NCBI GenBank assembly: GCA_015680685.1
Contig: MNCI01000520.1
Coordinates: 789,731-853,730 of the forward strand
Reading direction: 5' to 3'
DNA length: 64,000 nt
DNA from: Gnetum montanum
Taxonomy: Eukaryota; Plantae; Gnetophyta
The notes under the pieces were generated by a model. The model saw nothing but the letters and a program-made list of their open reading frames with translations, did not search any database and was not told the DNA's origin. A program made the position numbers and the translations under genes. This document shows, in pieces, positions 24,501 through 36,607 of the stretch. Numbering within the stretch: position 1 is the stretch's first letter; every line of letters begins with the position of its first letter.

Positions 24501-26922
24501 CTTTGTTGCCTGTTTAAGACAAGGAAGAATACAATATTATGGAACTTCCTAGTTCCCATATAAAGTTGCATTATTCTTTGCATTATTGATTACAGCATTG
24601 CGATGTTCCTGATTTTGCTATTTATATTTACATCTGGCAGTGCCCAGCAGCATATTAATTACTAGTACTGATTACTTATTCTTCACCAACAGAGATTCAT
24701 ACGGGTTTTAGGTTATTCTTCACCAACAGAGATTCATACGGGTTTTAGGTTCATCAAAAAGCCTGAGGAAATGCCATGATGGTAGCTGCATCATGATTAT
24801 CATCTTAGTCTTGTCCAAACAAACAAAATGGGGTTGTCTATGAGTTCTCTTTCACGATTCACCTTGACGAAGAGCTAAATTCTTGTCAATTTGCAATTTC
24901 TTTCTTTTTTTTAATGGCTTTCCTAAAATAGTGATTAAGCAAACTTTTTTTAATAGGCTCATTATCTGATCTTCTTTGCACATGCCTAAACCATCTAAGA
25001 CACAATTCCTGTAGCTTATCTGAAATATAATACCTCTCCAAGCCTTCTTCTAATGTCTGTATTGTGCAGTTTATCTCTTCTTGTAACATTCAGCATCCAT
25101 GATGATAACTGCAATTACGAAAGATTTTAGCAAACTCAATGATTCTTCACCTTATTTTAATCGCCCACTTCAACGGTTAACATATTGGCATCTAGTCTGA
25201 AAGGCTACCAGGTTGTCTGTTTGACCCTCAGGTGCATGCTGTACCTTGTTAGATTTCTTCCCGTATGCAGAGTGGTGTTATTTGCAAGTTTTGAACATTA
25301 TGGGCAGGTGAATTTGTCTTCAGTTTGCACATGGTTGAAACATTATAAATAATTTATATTATTTTACACTAGAATGCAAAATTTCTCTCTTTGTTACTTG
25401 TAGTTCTGAGCTATGAAAAGCATGAATGCCTGTACAGAAACACGGAAAATGACACCTAAAAATAGTGGAATCCTAACTTTACTGTTATAATTCATTGTGG
25501 ACCTCTTTGATTCAGACCTAAATTAAAAGGTAGTTTTCGTTATCCTTTCTCTTCCTTGAACATTGATTGAGCTAAGGTATGAATGTGAAATTCAATTGTT
25601 TAGTATTAGCTATTGAAAATTCTAAAAAATTATTAAGAAACATCCTCCACTTTAGCCATCCCAGCATTTAAATTTTTGAATTTATTGTACAATATTCGGC
25701 TATTTCTGAATAAATTTGACATTCTAGTGTTTCCGAAGATTTCATGCAAGCATGTACTGCTTGGTAGACTTTCTTCATATGCAGATTGCAGTATGCAATG
25801 AAAATAAGAGATATTTTACATGCTACTGAACATATTGCCTTCGATGCTGGCACGGTATTTTTGTTTTTTAATGAAACAGCATAGAGACAATTCCAAATCA
25901 TAGAAGTTGTGGCACAGTATTTGTTGTTATCTATGACTTTTGTTAAGTTGTACTGTGTTTTCTTTTCTTTTTGATTTTGCATCCTTTGGTTAGCTTGGGG
26001 TTCTTGAAGCAAATTTTGATTTGGATAGTTGATACAGCTAGTAGAAGAGGGATATCATCGGCTTGAACGATTTGTTATGAGATGTTTATAAAATCTGAAT
26101 TATGGCCTTATTATATAAGAAATGATTCTTGTTTGCTTTCTATCGGGAGTGGTAGCTCACACCTAAGAGATTCCAGTGGAATCTCTCAGGCAGTCTGTTA
26201 AGACTGACGGTCAGGCAACAAGACTTCTCCAAACCAAAGCTACAAGGGGAAGACTGCAGCTTGTAGAATAGTGGTGCATTTATGTTGCGGGATATTTCAT
26301 TTATGCCATATCTAGTAGCTACTCTCAGAAAATATAGAAGCACACAGATATTTTCTTACACGCTTCTTTCTCAACTTCTGAAGTGTTGGCTGTTAATCTT
26401 AACAGCAGCTCAAAAGTCAATGAGGTTGTAGCGCAATTATTAACCCGTATTTGTCCAAGCAATAAGTTACAACCTACGATTAAGGCACCATTATAGCTAT
26501 GTAATATTATATCTATTCCTTCTGGGGAGAGAGTACGCTGCACAATGGAAGAAATCAGTTGGGGAACACCCTGCAGAGTAGGCAAAATCAGTTGTTTGGG
26601 TGCCTGTGTTACTGAAAATATTTTGGTTATTTAATAATTTATCTTTCAAAGTACCAGTATGAAAATGGAATTTTTAACGTCGTGCATGCTATTATATTTT
26701 ATTAGCACAACAGGTAATATTTTATTCAACCCACATTGATATTTCCGTTGGAGCTGGGTTGCTTCAGGGTTTTCATCCCAAATATGCTTTTAAGAAAAGA
26801 AAAATATGGAATGTGTTGTAGGATGAGATTGCATTGAGAGCATTTGGAATGGTCCTTTATATACTTGATAGATTGTACAAGACAACAGAAGGGCATGCTA
26901 AGGCTTCCGGCAAATGGAGGAG
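21598..26922 (+). CDS. DGS1: DGS1 / NCA2-family mitochondrial outer-membrane protein, C-terminal 8 exons (partial gene; may be a truncated duplicate)
   Basis: GT-AG, phase-compatible exons 21598-21792, 22364-22464, 22571-22660, 23021-23093, 23209-23234, 23361-23484, 24332-24442 and 26822-26922. They translate to HSKLMGSSDLDN..IISIRDELFETFRKRH..SDQELME..RYEKELAHPLQNLL..AMLELNQILRANEINFAVLAALPAFFL..RRLL..FGMVLYILDRLY, recognised as colinear with plant DGS1. No in-frame stops. Confidence 0.88.
24789..25090 (-). mobile_element. RTE-clade LINE 3' fragment in a DGS1 intron
   Basis: ISDKLQELCLRWFRHVQRRSDNEPIKK resembles the RTE RLRWFGHV.RR motif; RTE-type 3' tail at 24790-24850. Confidence 0.75.
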
Positions 26923-26959
26923 GTATTTGCTTAAATATTAACATCTTTTAGTTATTTCG

Positions 26960-27470
26960 TTAACATACCGGCAATGGAAATGGGAGGTTATTAGCATGGA
27001 CTTCATTTTAGGATTACCAAAGACAAGAAGGAATGTGATGCTGGACCAGTAGTGGTAGATTTGTTAACAAAATCTTCTCATTTTCTTGCTACCTACTCCA
27101 TTGCAACTGCTGAGGATATCGTTAAATTATTAAGTTGACTGTCAGATTACATCAGTTAAAATAATATCTAATAGAGATGCTAATTTTTTCTCAAGATTTT
27201 GGCAAGTATTTTAGGCAGATCTAGGCACTAAATTAAATATAAGTTTTTCTTATCAATATCAAATAGATGGGCAAACAGAGCAAGTAAATCAAATTTTGGA
27301 AGATATGCTCCAAGTTTGCACACTCCAGTATAAGGAAGAGTAGGATGAAATGTTACTTTAGTAAAATATGCATATAACAAGAGTTATCATGCAAGTATTA
27401 AAGCTGGAGATATTTTATGGCAAACCCTGTTGATTGTGTATTTGTTGGACTACCATTGAAGATAAGATAG
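26960..27470 (+). mobile_element. Ty3/Gypsy (chromovirus-type) integrase fragment
   Basis: KWEVISMDFILGLPKT, VVVDLLTKSSHFL and QIDGQTEQVNQILEDML motifs, with stops and frameshifts. Confidence 0.85.
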
Positions 27471-27819
27471 GATGCAGTTAAATACTTTACTATATTTATG
27501 TTTCTAATTAATAATTTTTATCTATTTTATGACTTTTTTTGAAATTTCTAAATCAAGGTTAAATTCAGATCCTTGGGGTTTTGTAGCATCTTTATTAGTT
27601 ATTTATAGAATATATTACAGATAATTAATAAAGCTGCTATAGAAGTGTTTTCAGTTATGGTGCATCTAATGTATTCATTACATCTTATTGCAGTTCAGGA
27701 AAGGAATTCATATAGGAATTCATCTTTAGAGTACATAATATGGTGGGTGATTTGCATGTTGAATCCTTGGAGTTGGGACACAAGGAAATCTACATCTTGA
27801 ATTACATGAGGGAGATTCT

Positions 27820-29967
27820 CTAGGTATTACCATGAGCAATTTTGATGAAATCCGCTGTGTGCTGCTTTCCTTGCAATCTGCTACCAAGGTAGTACTTTGT
27901 AAAATCGGTTCTGCTGAATGTTCTGTAGGCTGCTGGATGCTGTTCATCAATCAATTCATGAATAGGCCCAATAATTTCATGAAGGCAAGGATTGTAGAAT
28001 GCAGCGATGGACAACCTTGATGCATTCATGTTAGTTACTGCCCGGTGCTCTACACTCTTGTATCTTCCATTGCTCAAAACCTGTGTGAGTGTAAATAAAA
28101 CCCCACCAAAACATGAAAGGCATAGTAAAAAAAATAGACCCATAACAGCATACCTAACATGCAAATGGTTCCTTAAAACCTAATTAACCGTTCCTCATAT
28201 TGGCCCTCTGCTGCTCATAATAGTTCTTAACGAATCGTCATGCATTTCCCAGCGAGTTTTTAAGTCTCATTTTTAGGTCCGGTTTTTATAGTTCATTGAA
28301 TAAGCTTCTAAAAAAGGTCCCACATTACAGTTTCAAGAATGCTGCCACGACTAAGAGGAAAAAGGATAATGGACAAATGATTGAAGATAATACGATAAGG
28401 ATTTCGCCTCTGAGTAGAACGGAATGGCAACGAGAATCCATGTAGAGACAGGTCAAGGTAAAGGTTAAGATGATGACGAGGTGTTCATTGAATAAGGCTC
28501 AGTTGCAATGGCTCCACATTTGAACCAGTTCCATACTTCTCAGTATCGTTTTTCTAAATCTCGTTTTGAACGGAAAAGCGTCTCGTTAGGTAATTGTCTC
28601 ACCCAAAATTTGAACTTCAATTTGCTAACAATGGTGCAGGACAGTCCTACGGGATTGGTGGAATTTCTATGGATTTTTCCACCATGTTCACGTTTAAGTG
28701 GTGCCTGGCATGATTTTTGGCCAAGAGTTTTCTTCCGTCCCCTCAAAATCCAGAATTTATATATAATTTTCAAGATTTCAGAGAGAACCCATTACCTCCA
28801 GCGAATCACCGATGTTGATGATCAGAGCACCAGGAATAGGAGGAACTGGAAGCCATTCTTCATCCTTGTTTCTGCGAATATGCAGTCCAACGGTATCATC
28901 TTCCTGAAGTAGCACTGTGATGATGGTGCCGTCCGTGTGAGGGCTCAAACCGAGTGCAAGATCCGGCCTTGGACATGGTGGATAATAGTTCAGTCTCATA
29001 GAGAGAGTGTGATTGTTGCAGAATTTCACTTCAGGTGTCAGACCCAGATTCTGTGCAAGTAATTTCATCAATCTTTCAATCAGCTGCTGTATTTCATTGA
29101 TGTACTGCTCCATGCTTTCTCTGCAATTCGAAGATAACTGTGGGAATATCTGGTTTTGAAGCTTTTTTCCATAAATTATGGGGATGTTTGGAGATTTCAT
29201 GTTACCTGAAATCAGAGGGGAACTCTGGCCACAATTCTAAATTTCGTTGGTGCTCAGGCATAGCGTGAAACATGAAACAGTCGGCCCATTCCAATGGCTG
29301 TTGTTCTGAGAAAACAAATGCTTGGCCGTAGCGATTACCTCTCTCTCCTGCGTACTTGAGCTTCTCCTGTAATGAAAGATCGAAGAATCCTCTTGCCACT
29401 GCTTTCACTCTTTCCAGGAGATCCAACTGAATTCCATGTTTTACAATCTGAATCCGAAACAGAACACCCAAACTCAGGATCTAATTACAAGAATTCATGA
29501 ATTGGACAAAATTGACATATTTCTAGATTAGTAGGGAGAAAAACAGAAGCAATCAATCGCAACAATGTTTATGAGATTATAAATGAAATTGATTATTCTG
29601 TTATAAGAGTTCCAAATTATGAACGAAAAAGTGTTACCTGAAAGAAACCCCACTCCTGGCATCCAGCCTTAAGTTTTTCCATTTGTTGAGGGGATTCACT
29701 GATGATCGACATATCAATCACGGGAATCAAATTCTGCTGTTCCATCGTTGGGTTCAGAGTATCAACAAATATGTTTGGTCTCTCTGAATCGGATCTAATA
29801 TATCTTTTGAGTAGCTGAATCTGCAGATCTTGTGCCGATGTAGACGAAGAGTTGCCATTGTCACTGTTGGAGAGAAGTGGAGAGAGCTTGCGCGATAGCT
29901 CCTGAACAATTGGAATTGAGACTCCATTTACCACAAACACGGGATCAGAACCCTCTGATGAGCCCAT
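27820..29967 (-). CDS. 2-oxoglutarate/Fe(II)-dependent dioxygenase (DOXC class, SRG1-like), 4 exons, 385 aa
   Basis: Exons 29967-29638, 29447-29206, 29120-28796 and 28080-27820 (1158 nt, GT-AG, in frame). Motifs: IPVID, CQEWGFFQ, YGQAFVFSEQQPLEWAD, NYYPPCPRPD, HTD, distal H (VEHRA), RLS. Confidence 0.95.
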
Positions 29968-30876
29968 TTCAGCAACTACAAAACCAGAAAACAGGTAAAA
30001 ATAAAACTCAATGTCCAAGCTTTCGGACCAGAACGGGAAACTCGTCACTACTGTTCGTTAAATACGAAATTCAATCGTGCAGTATGGGGTGAATCAGGAC
30101 TAGCCTGAGTCCTACTTTTGCATTGTTCTGCAATCGTCTGCTACCGAGAACAATAACTTGAAGCACCATCGATATTTATGATTATGATTATAGTGGACTG
30201 TCATGGTAGTCTTCTATTAAGATACGTCTCCATAACCACATATTTTATTGCAAAGTGATGAAATTTGTCAGCTCTGGCAGTAAAGTCATGGTAAGGAACA
30301 TTTTATAGTTGACGAGGTATCCTGCCAGCTCCGAGGCATCTATCAACTCCAACCTAACAAGGACCCACAGGCCAGTGATGTAAAATATGATTGACAACTG
30401 TTCTGCTTTGCTTTTAGTGTTTTACACATCTTTATCCGATTGAAAATCGGCTTCCTGTTGTACAAAGGATCTCACAAGTCCTCGCATTTTGCCAATCACA
30501 GCACTGTAACATGTGGATTTACTGCATGTAAGTTAAAACCCTTTTAGCATATAAATTAGGAAATGCAGCTTAAATTTGTATTTTTACTAAATGATACAAA
30601 TCAAAGATCAAGAAAATTTAAATCAAGGAAGGCGGAAAAAAGTAGAAGTGGCTACAACTTTTGCTGTATTTCATGCAGATAAAAAATTAAGATTAAACTC
30701 ATGAATTGTGGATCATGGATAATGTATGTTCAAATCATAAGAAGTATAATTAAATTTATGAATAGTGGATCATGGGTAGGGAACGTTGAAATCATAGGAC
30801 ACCAAATAGAAATGGATTTTGTTGAATTTAATGCAGTAAACAATGTTAAGTGCACAAATGTTGATAATGGGTTAAG

Positions 30877-31006
30877 TTTGAAAATTGAAGTATGGGTAGA
30901 CTTTAAATTACATTGAAGATCATCACGTAAAAATGCACTTTTGAAAATTGAAGTATGGGTAGACTTTAAATTACATTGAAGATCATCACGTAAAAATGCA
31001 CTTTTG
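30877..31006. repeat. Perfect 63-bp tandem duplication
   Basis: TTTGAAAATTGAAGTATGGG...AAAATGCACT at 30877 and 30940. Confidence 0.95.
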
Positions 31007-32209
31007 TGTACTAGTGCATCACACTCTTGTACATGCATGAACCACGGGGAAAATTGTCTAGAAAGGAAATCAAGCTATTTCCTGAGATGAGTATTGTACA
31101 AATGAAGGAAAAATGATAGCAAAATTAAAAAGGATGAATAATAGAATTTACTATTTTGAAGTCATGCTTACTACAAATTTATTATGAAAACAAGTTTTTA
31201 ATGAGGCATTTTTGTTAAGAGCTGAAAAAGAACATGAACTTGAAATCAAGGAACTCTTTGAAAAATAAATGATTGAACCACATCAACGTAGGAATTAAGA
31301 AAAAACAGAACAATGATAAAGACAATTTAGAAAAGATTCAATCAAAGCTTGTTTTTCAACTCTGAACTTGGTAGGATGAGCATTAAAGCCTTAAGTAATG
31401 ATCCTTATCCAATTAAAACTAAGATGAAACAAGAACAAAATACAAGTATGAAGAATCAAGATTAAGACTAAAAGAATAATATCAAGAAGCATCCAAAAAG
31501 TATTTTCAAAATGCATTGTAAAGGAAGGACAATTAAAAATAGTATGCATAAAGAGTTATCACATTATTAATTTAACAAGTGTCATGGATATGTTTTTAAA
31601 AAATTAAGAACAAGTCCGACACCAAGGATTTAACTCATAGATGGTCATGTTTACGTTACAGAATTATGTATCATAAGTCAAGGCCTTATAAATTGATTAT
31701 TTATTAAAAATTTGTAAAGTCCAAGGATATGAAGTCTAGAAGTAATTTTCATAAAAAAAAATTATAGGTGTTTGATGATAGATGTAATGAATAATGGTTT
31801 TAGATATATTAGTAAAGTATTTTTATGAAAAATAAGAAAAAATATATTAGCCCCTATGATGGTATATTGGCCTCATATCTTGCTTATGAAAAGGAGGACC
31901 TTGTAAATAGTTTGTATGATAAACAATTGAAGAAAAATAGAGATGTCTGAAACCATATAAAAATTTCTTATAAACCATCCCGTATCAACAACTTACAATC
32001 TCTTATTATCTCACACAGTTTGTAACACTTGGATTTTATTCCTCTTTTTTGTTTTTGTACTTTTATGTGAAATTGAACCTTTAACCTTTTGTTGGTTTGG
32101 ATTATATTTGATTATTGAAAACTTGAACCTTCAATATTTTTGTTTAATTAAAGATTGATGGAGCCTATCTAGCTAGGATTTGATTGGACTCCCAAAAGGT
32201 ATTAGTTAT

Positions 32210-32850
32210 TGATTAGTGGTAGAATATACATAATGGCCAACCATACGATGTACAAGTATTGTGAGAGACCATGTCTTAATCCATGGATTGGATTAGCGTG
32301 CTTCCTAAATAGTTAATCCTAAGATCATAGGTCACTACCTTCTTAGCTATACTCATAGTGACCCTTAATATATGTGGTTAAGTGTAGCTAAGGCACATGA
32401 TATTGATGTTTTTATGGCCATTAATAAATAATATTAAAATATAGAAAAGTAATATAATTATTCTAATGGGTTTTGAAGTAAATTCTAATGTAGCTTAGGG
32501 CAATGAGTGTTTAGTTCCACTTACTATACATGTCTTGAATGCACACATTCACTACTGAGATTATGAAACATTGCACAACTGCATAAACCAAGCGATAATG
32601 TTACTAGGATTACTAAGTGAATATATGTTTATGTTTGAAGTGGTTGCATTCATTCCACTATGTTTAACATGTGTTTGGAAAGTATATTATTAACTAAGTG
32701 TACGTAGAAGTAAACATTAATTCATGTGCATAAGAAAGTAAAAGAAATTGAAAAATAAAGTCTAATCTAAGTTATAATGCTACAACAATCTAGATCTTTA
32801 TTGTCATTCATGCAAGTATCCAAGTATAATGTGTTGGTTATAGCATGCAC
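32210..32850 (-). mobile_element. Old LTR relic related to the local Athila-like LTRs
   Basis: TGATTAGTGG..CAACCATACGA terminus-like motif; later blocks resemble 11080-11330. Confidence 0.5.
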
Positions 32851-33769
32851 TTTGGATACTCATACCTCACTCATTTTGCATGCTCATGTGATTTTTAAAT
32901 AAAACAAAGAAATAATTTCAATAAATCAAAGTTCAAAGTAATAGAAGGTTATACTTATATATGGAAGAGTAACAAAGTCAAGTAGAAGGATGGAGATAAA
33001 AGGCAAAAGTCAAAGTTCAAGAGAAGTTAAAGTTTAAGATCAAAGATCAGTGAAGACAAAATAGCATTTTTGTCAAATAGGGACCAAAGCCATGTAAATT
33101 ATATTTGAATTCTTATGTCATATAGGACAAGATAGGAAATTTCATTTATTTTTCATTTAGGAAATACCATTTACAAAAATATTGATGGGAAAATGTAATT
33201 AAATAATATCACCAATCTCTTGTGTCTATTCAATTTCCACCCCAATTCCATAAAAATAGATTTGTCCTATCATATGCCATTATGACCCCATCATTTGGCT
33301 ATAAATATGTGGGGAAGATATGATTGTAAGAGCTACTATAATAATAAAATTTCATGTGTGATGAAATTCTTCTAAAACCATCAATTTTGTCAACATTTCA
33401 TCAACATATCATCAATTGCCATTACTTCATCAATTGTCATTCATCATCTTTATTTATTAGACAACAATCATCAATAGTCACCAACATTCTTACAAATAAT
33501 TCCATAACTCACCCCATCATCAACTCTTCATTATCAACAATATCATCAAAGTATTATAATTAAATTCAATATAGTTCAAGTTCAGCATTATGCTTGGAAG
33601 ATCAAAAGTCATGTAAGTTGGATCGATTAATTTCCCCATAAAAATCAAATTAATGAAACCAATTCCTCTTCATAGGTTTTCCAATAGCTCAAGTCGACTC
33701 TAACAAATTAAGTTTCACTCAAATTTGACTTTAGAATCTTTAGAAATTCAAGATTTTCATATTAAACAC

Positions 33770-34170
33770 AAATTGTGATAAGGTCATGGGTTATTGTAGG
33801 TTTAAAGAACATGAGTTTACCATGACTCGTGGTATTGTAGAAATCAAATTTCCAAAGATCGTGATCCATGGTCAACTCATGGTATCAATCGCAACTTGTG
33901 GTTGCCTTATGGTAGAGATTTCACTTAAGGAAAATTGATCACGACTTGTGATGAACATACCATAACTTGTGGTATTTAAAAAATTTAATTTTTTGATTGT
34001 TGTATTAGACCATGACTTGTGGTATCCTTGTGGTACCCTCAAAAATCAAGATGTCATTGAATTTTCATAGACCATCACCTATGGTAAGCTTGTGATGAAA
34101 GATCATGATCCATGGTTAGTTTATGGTGAAAGACCATGACTAATGTTATAATACAACTACTTGTGGTAAA
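33770..34170. repeat. Degenerate array of ACCA(C/T)GAC(T)(C/T)GTGGT quasi-palindromes
   Basis: About ten variants, e.g. ACCATGACTCGTGGT at 33818 and ACCATGACTTGTGGT at 34009. Confidence 0.65.
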
Positions 34171-34944
34171 TCAAATTTTCATTATTTTCATCAGTTTTTG
34201 AAGGGATTCATTCTCCGAATCCCAACATAATGCACTGAAATAAAGACTCTATTCAATAGCTTTAAACCATGTTGTGAACACTCACTAATTGTTGTTAAAA
34301 TTCAAGAAAATAAATTGCAAGAGTTTTACTACCTATTGCATTAATGGTTATCATTAATATGGTAGATGACCTATATTTATATGCGCTAATTAGAACTATG
34401 TCATCATAACTTGGACATTGCATTTGTAATGATCCAACAATGACATTGGAGTCCATCAAAATACTATTCATTAGTTATGGTCATGACTTCTTTATGTCCT
34501 ATTAAATTAGTTTCTTATAACTTGTTTCACTATGGTTATCCTTTTATTTATTAAATTTGAACCTTTAACCTATTTTTTAAAGATGTTTTTTATGATAGTA
34601 ATCTCTTAATGTCTCTTGGTAAGAATAGAGATCTTGAATGGATGTCCCAAGGTAATTATTATTCTTATTACTTTATAGGAGGAGGGATATTGAATCCTAA
34701 AAATAATATTAATAATAAGAAAAAAATTTTGGAGGACATCACATGCTTAACACTATGTAGAAATTCCAAGAATAAATGAAAAGAAAATATTTTCCAATTA
34801 TAGGGATGTCTACTCAATTGTATAGCTTTACAATTAATATTTTAAAATATCAAGAAAGAAAAATTAATTATTGGTAGGGAGGATGATCCTAATCGTAATA
34901 ACATTTACATCACCTTCAATATTTGTGCTTGAACTTAAAATAGC

Positions 34945-35676
34945 TGCTAAATGTTGAAAGTTCCCCATACCTAACCATACAAATCACATGCATTGTGTAT
35001 GACCTGATTGTAATCTATGAATGAGATAATGTAGCTTCTAAAAGGTTGATATATGTTTGTTGATCAATGTCTTCTTACTTGAGTTAGTTATGGTCAAGGT
35101 GTATTGTTGAACTCAAGGTAAGATATATGGTATGATATTGTTTAACATGTTGGAAACTAAAGGTAAAACATAGTAATTAAGTATTAAATCTAACTGATAA
35201 TGAAACTAAATTCTTAAATTAGGCTAATGGTGATAAGTATTCATTCTTAATCTTCCATACATGTCTTGGACTAATGTAACCACCAAGAAGATTACCAAGA
35301 GACATGCTATTAGGTGTACCAAATAATATCACTACTAGGTTACTAGGTAATTATATGTTATGCTTGAGATTGGTCATACTTATTTTATTAAATTCTATGA
35401 TGCATGAAAGTGTAAACATTATGTTAAGTACAGTTGGAAAGTAAAGTATGCAAGAATTATAAATTGCAATGAAAAGTAAATTCTAAGCTTAGTAAAATAC
35501 TACAATGATTAGAAATAATCTCAGTCTTTGCTTTTGGTGATGAAATGTATCTAGGTACATCCCACTCGAATAAAGATTTTGTATAATTGCTTCAAACCAC
35601 ACTATGGGAATTCACTAACTAGAACTAAATTTTTAGAAACAAATTACAAGAGTCTACCTAGGACATGATAAACAAG
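34945..35676 (-). mobile_element. Family B-related LTR interrupted by the full-length element; resumes at 44559-44670
   Basis: Colinear with 10722-11435; 44559-44670 continues the match to 11432-11535. Confidence 0.7.
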
Positions 35677-36462
35677 TGATGAGCCATGATATCGCGTTCG
35701 CCCACGCGATATCGCGTATGTGATATCGCATCTTGTCGCCAGTTCTATAAATAAGAGGTGGCCTTCCCTTGTTTCTCCATCTAGATCTAGAACCTTAGCC
35801 AAACTCTAGCAATTTTAGCATTCCAGAGTTAGAATAATTTCCATGTGCCCGCAGTAGGAGTCTCAAAGTGAACAGATCTTTATTTGAGCAATTTGTACCT
35901 GAGCACACATTGTGTACAGCAATAAAGATGAACTTTTTGATAAACCTTGCAGCATATGGACTAAGCTAAATAGAATTTAATTACTATTAAATGTTTAAAT
36001 GCTTTCTTAGAAAATTAATATCTCTCAACCCTTAACTCTCCTAGTTAAGTGCATTCAGTATGACCGCTTCAAGCATGTGTGCTATGCTTGGTAACCTAGT
36101 AACAAATAGTGTTTGGTAATCCCAGTAGCATTGCACTAGTTTAGGGTGTGAATAGCAAGTGGGAATAGGTACTGATACTAGGAAGATTAGAGCTTAGTTA
36201 GTAAAAGTTAGTTACTTAGTCTCTTCATCCTTTCCCCTCTTAGCATAGGCAATAAAAAGATAAAAGACATAAAAATCACATGCCTCAAGCTTACTTAACC
36301 ACACAACCGTGACAAATACAAGTAAGCTTGGGAAGATAGCTATTGATTGACCTTAAGTGTTCCATAAGGTGCGTAAGCACTTAGTCCTTGGAGTTGGACT
36401 GGATCATACATGTAATGCTCGTATTCGTATGGTTGAGTGTAGGGGTACCTCGCCACTCATCA
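35677..36462 (+). repeat. 5' LTR (family C)
   Basis: TGATGAG...CTCATCA; CTATAAATA ~35745; direct repeat of 43760-44558. Confidence 0.93.
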
Positions 36463-36463
36463 T

Positions 36464-36481
36464 TGGCACCATTACCGGGGA
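36464..36481 (+). promoter_or_regulatory. Primer-binding site, tRNA-Asp type
   Basis: TGGCACCATTACCGGGGA next to the LTR; differs from the Athila-type TGGCGCCGTTGCCGGGGA only by G>A transitions. Confidence 0.8.
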
Positions 36482-36607
36482 CCTAGTTGTTTGTGCGCTA
36501 AGTAGAACATAGGAAATCATCCACATCGTTGGGAAGCTTAAATGAACCCTTAGGGTTAATTAGAGAAAATTAAATAATGGTAAATAGCACACCAAATAAG
36601 ACAAAAA

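Noticed and set aside
26180-26270. QDFSKPKLQ as the missing DGS1 last exon
   Set aside because: It lies upstream of the penultimate exon and the similarity is too short.
28508-28912. 134-aa plus-strand ORF
   Set aside because: Antisense to 2OGD exon 3 and intron 3; no recognisable motifs.
29968-30048. ORF-track N-terminal extension of the 2OGD
   Set aside because: It begins at a non-ATG codon; ATG 29967 gives a normal DOXC length.
31050-31600. Possible plus-strand LINE ORF1 relic
   Set aside because: Only faint A-rich similarity to 52920-53300; not supportable by eye.
33770-34170. CRISPR-like repeat/spacer array
   Set aside because: The repeats are short, degenerate and irregularly spaced; eukaryotic context; no cas genes.
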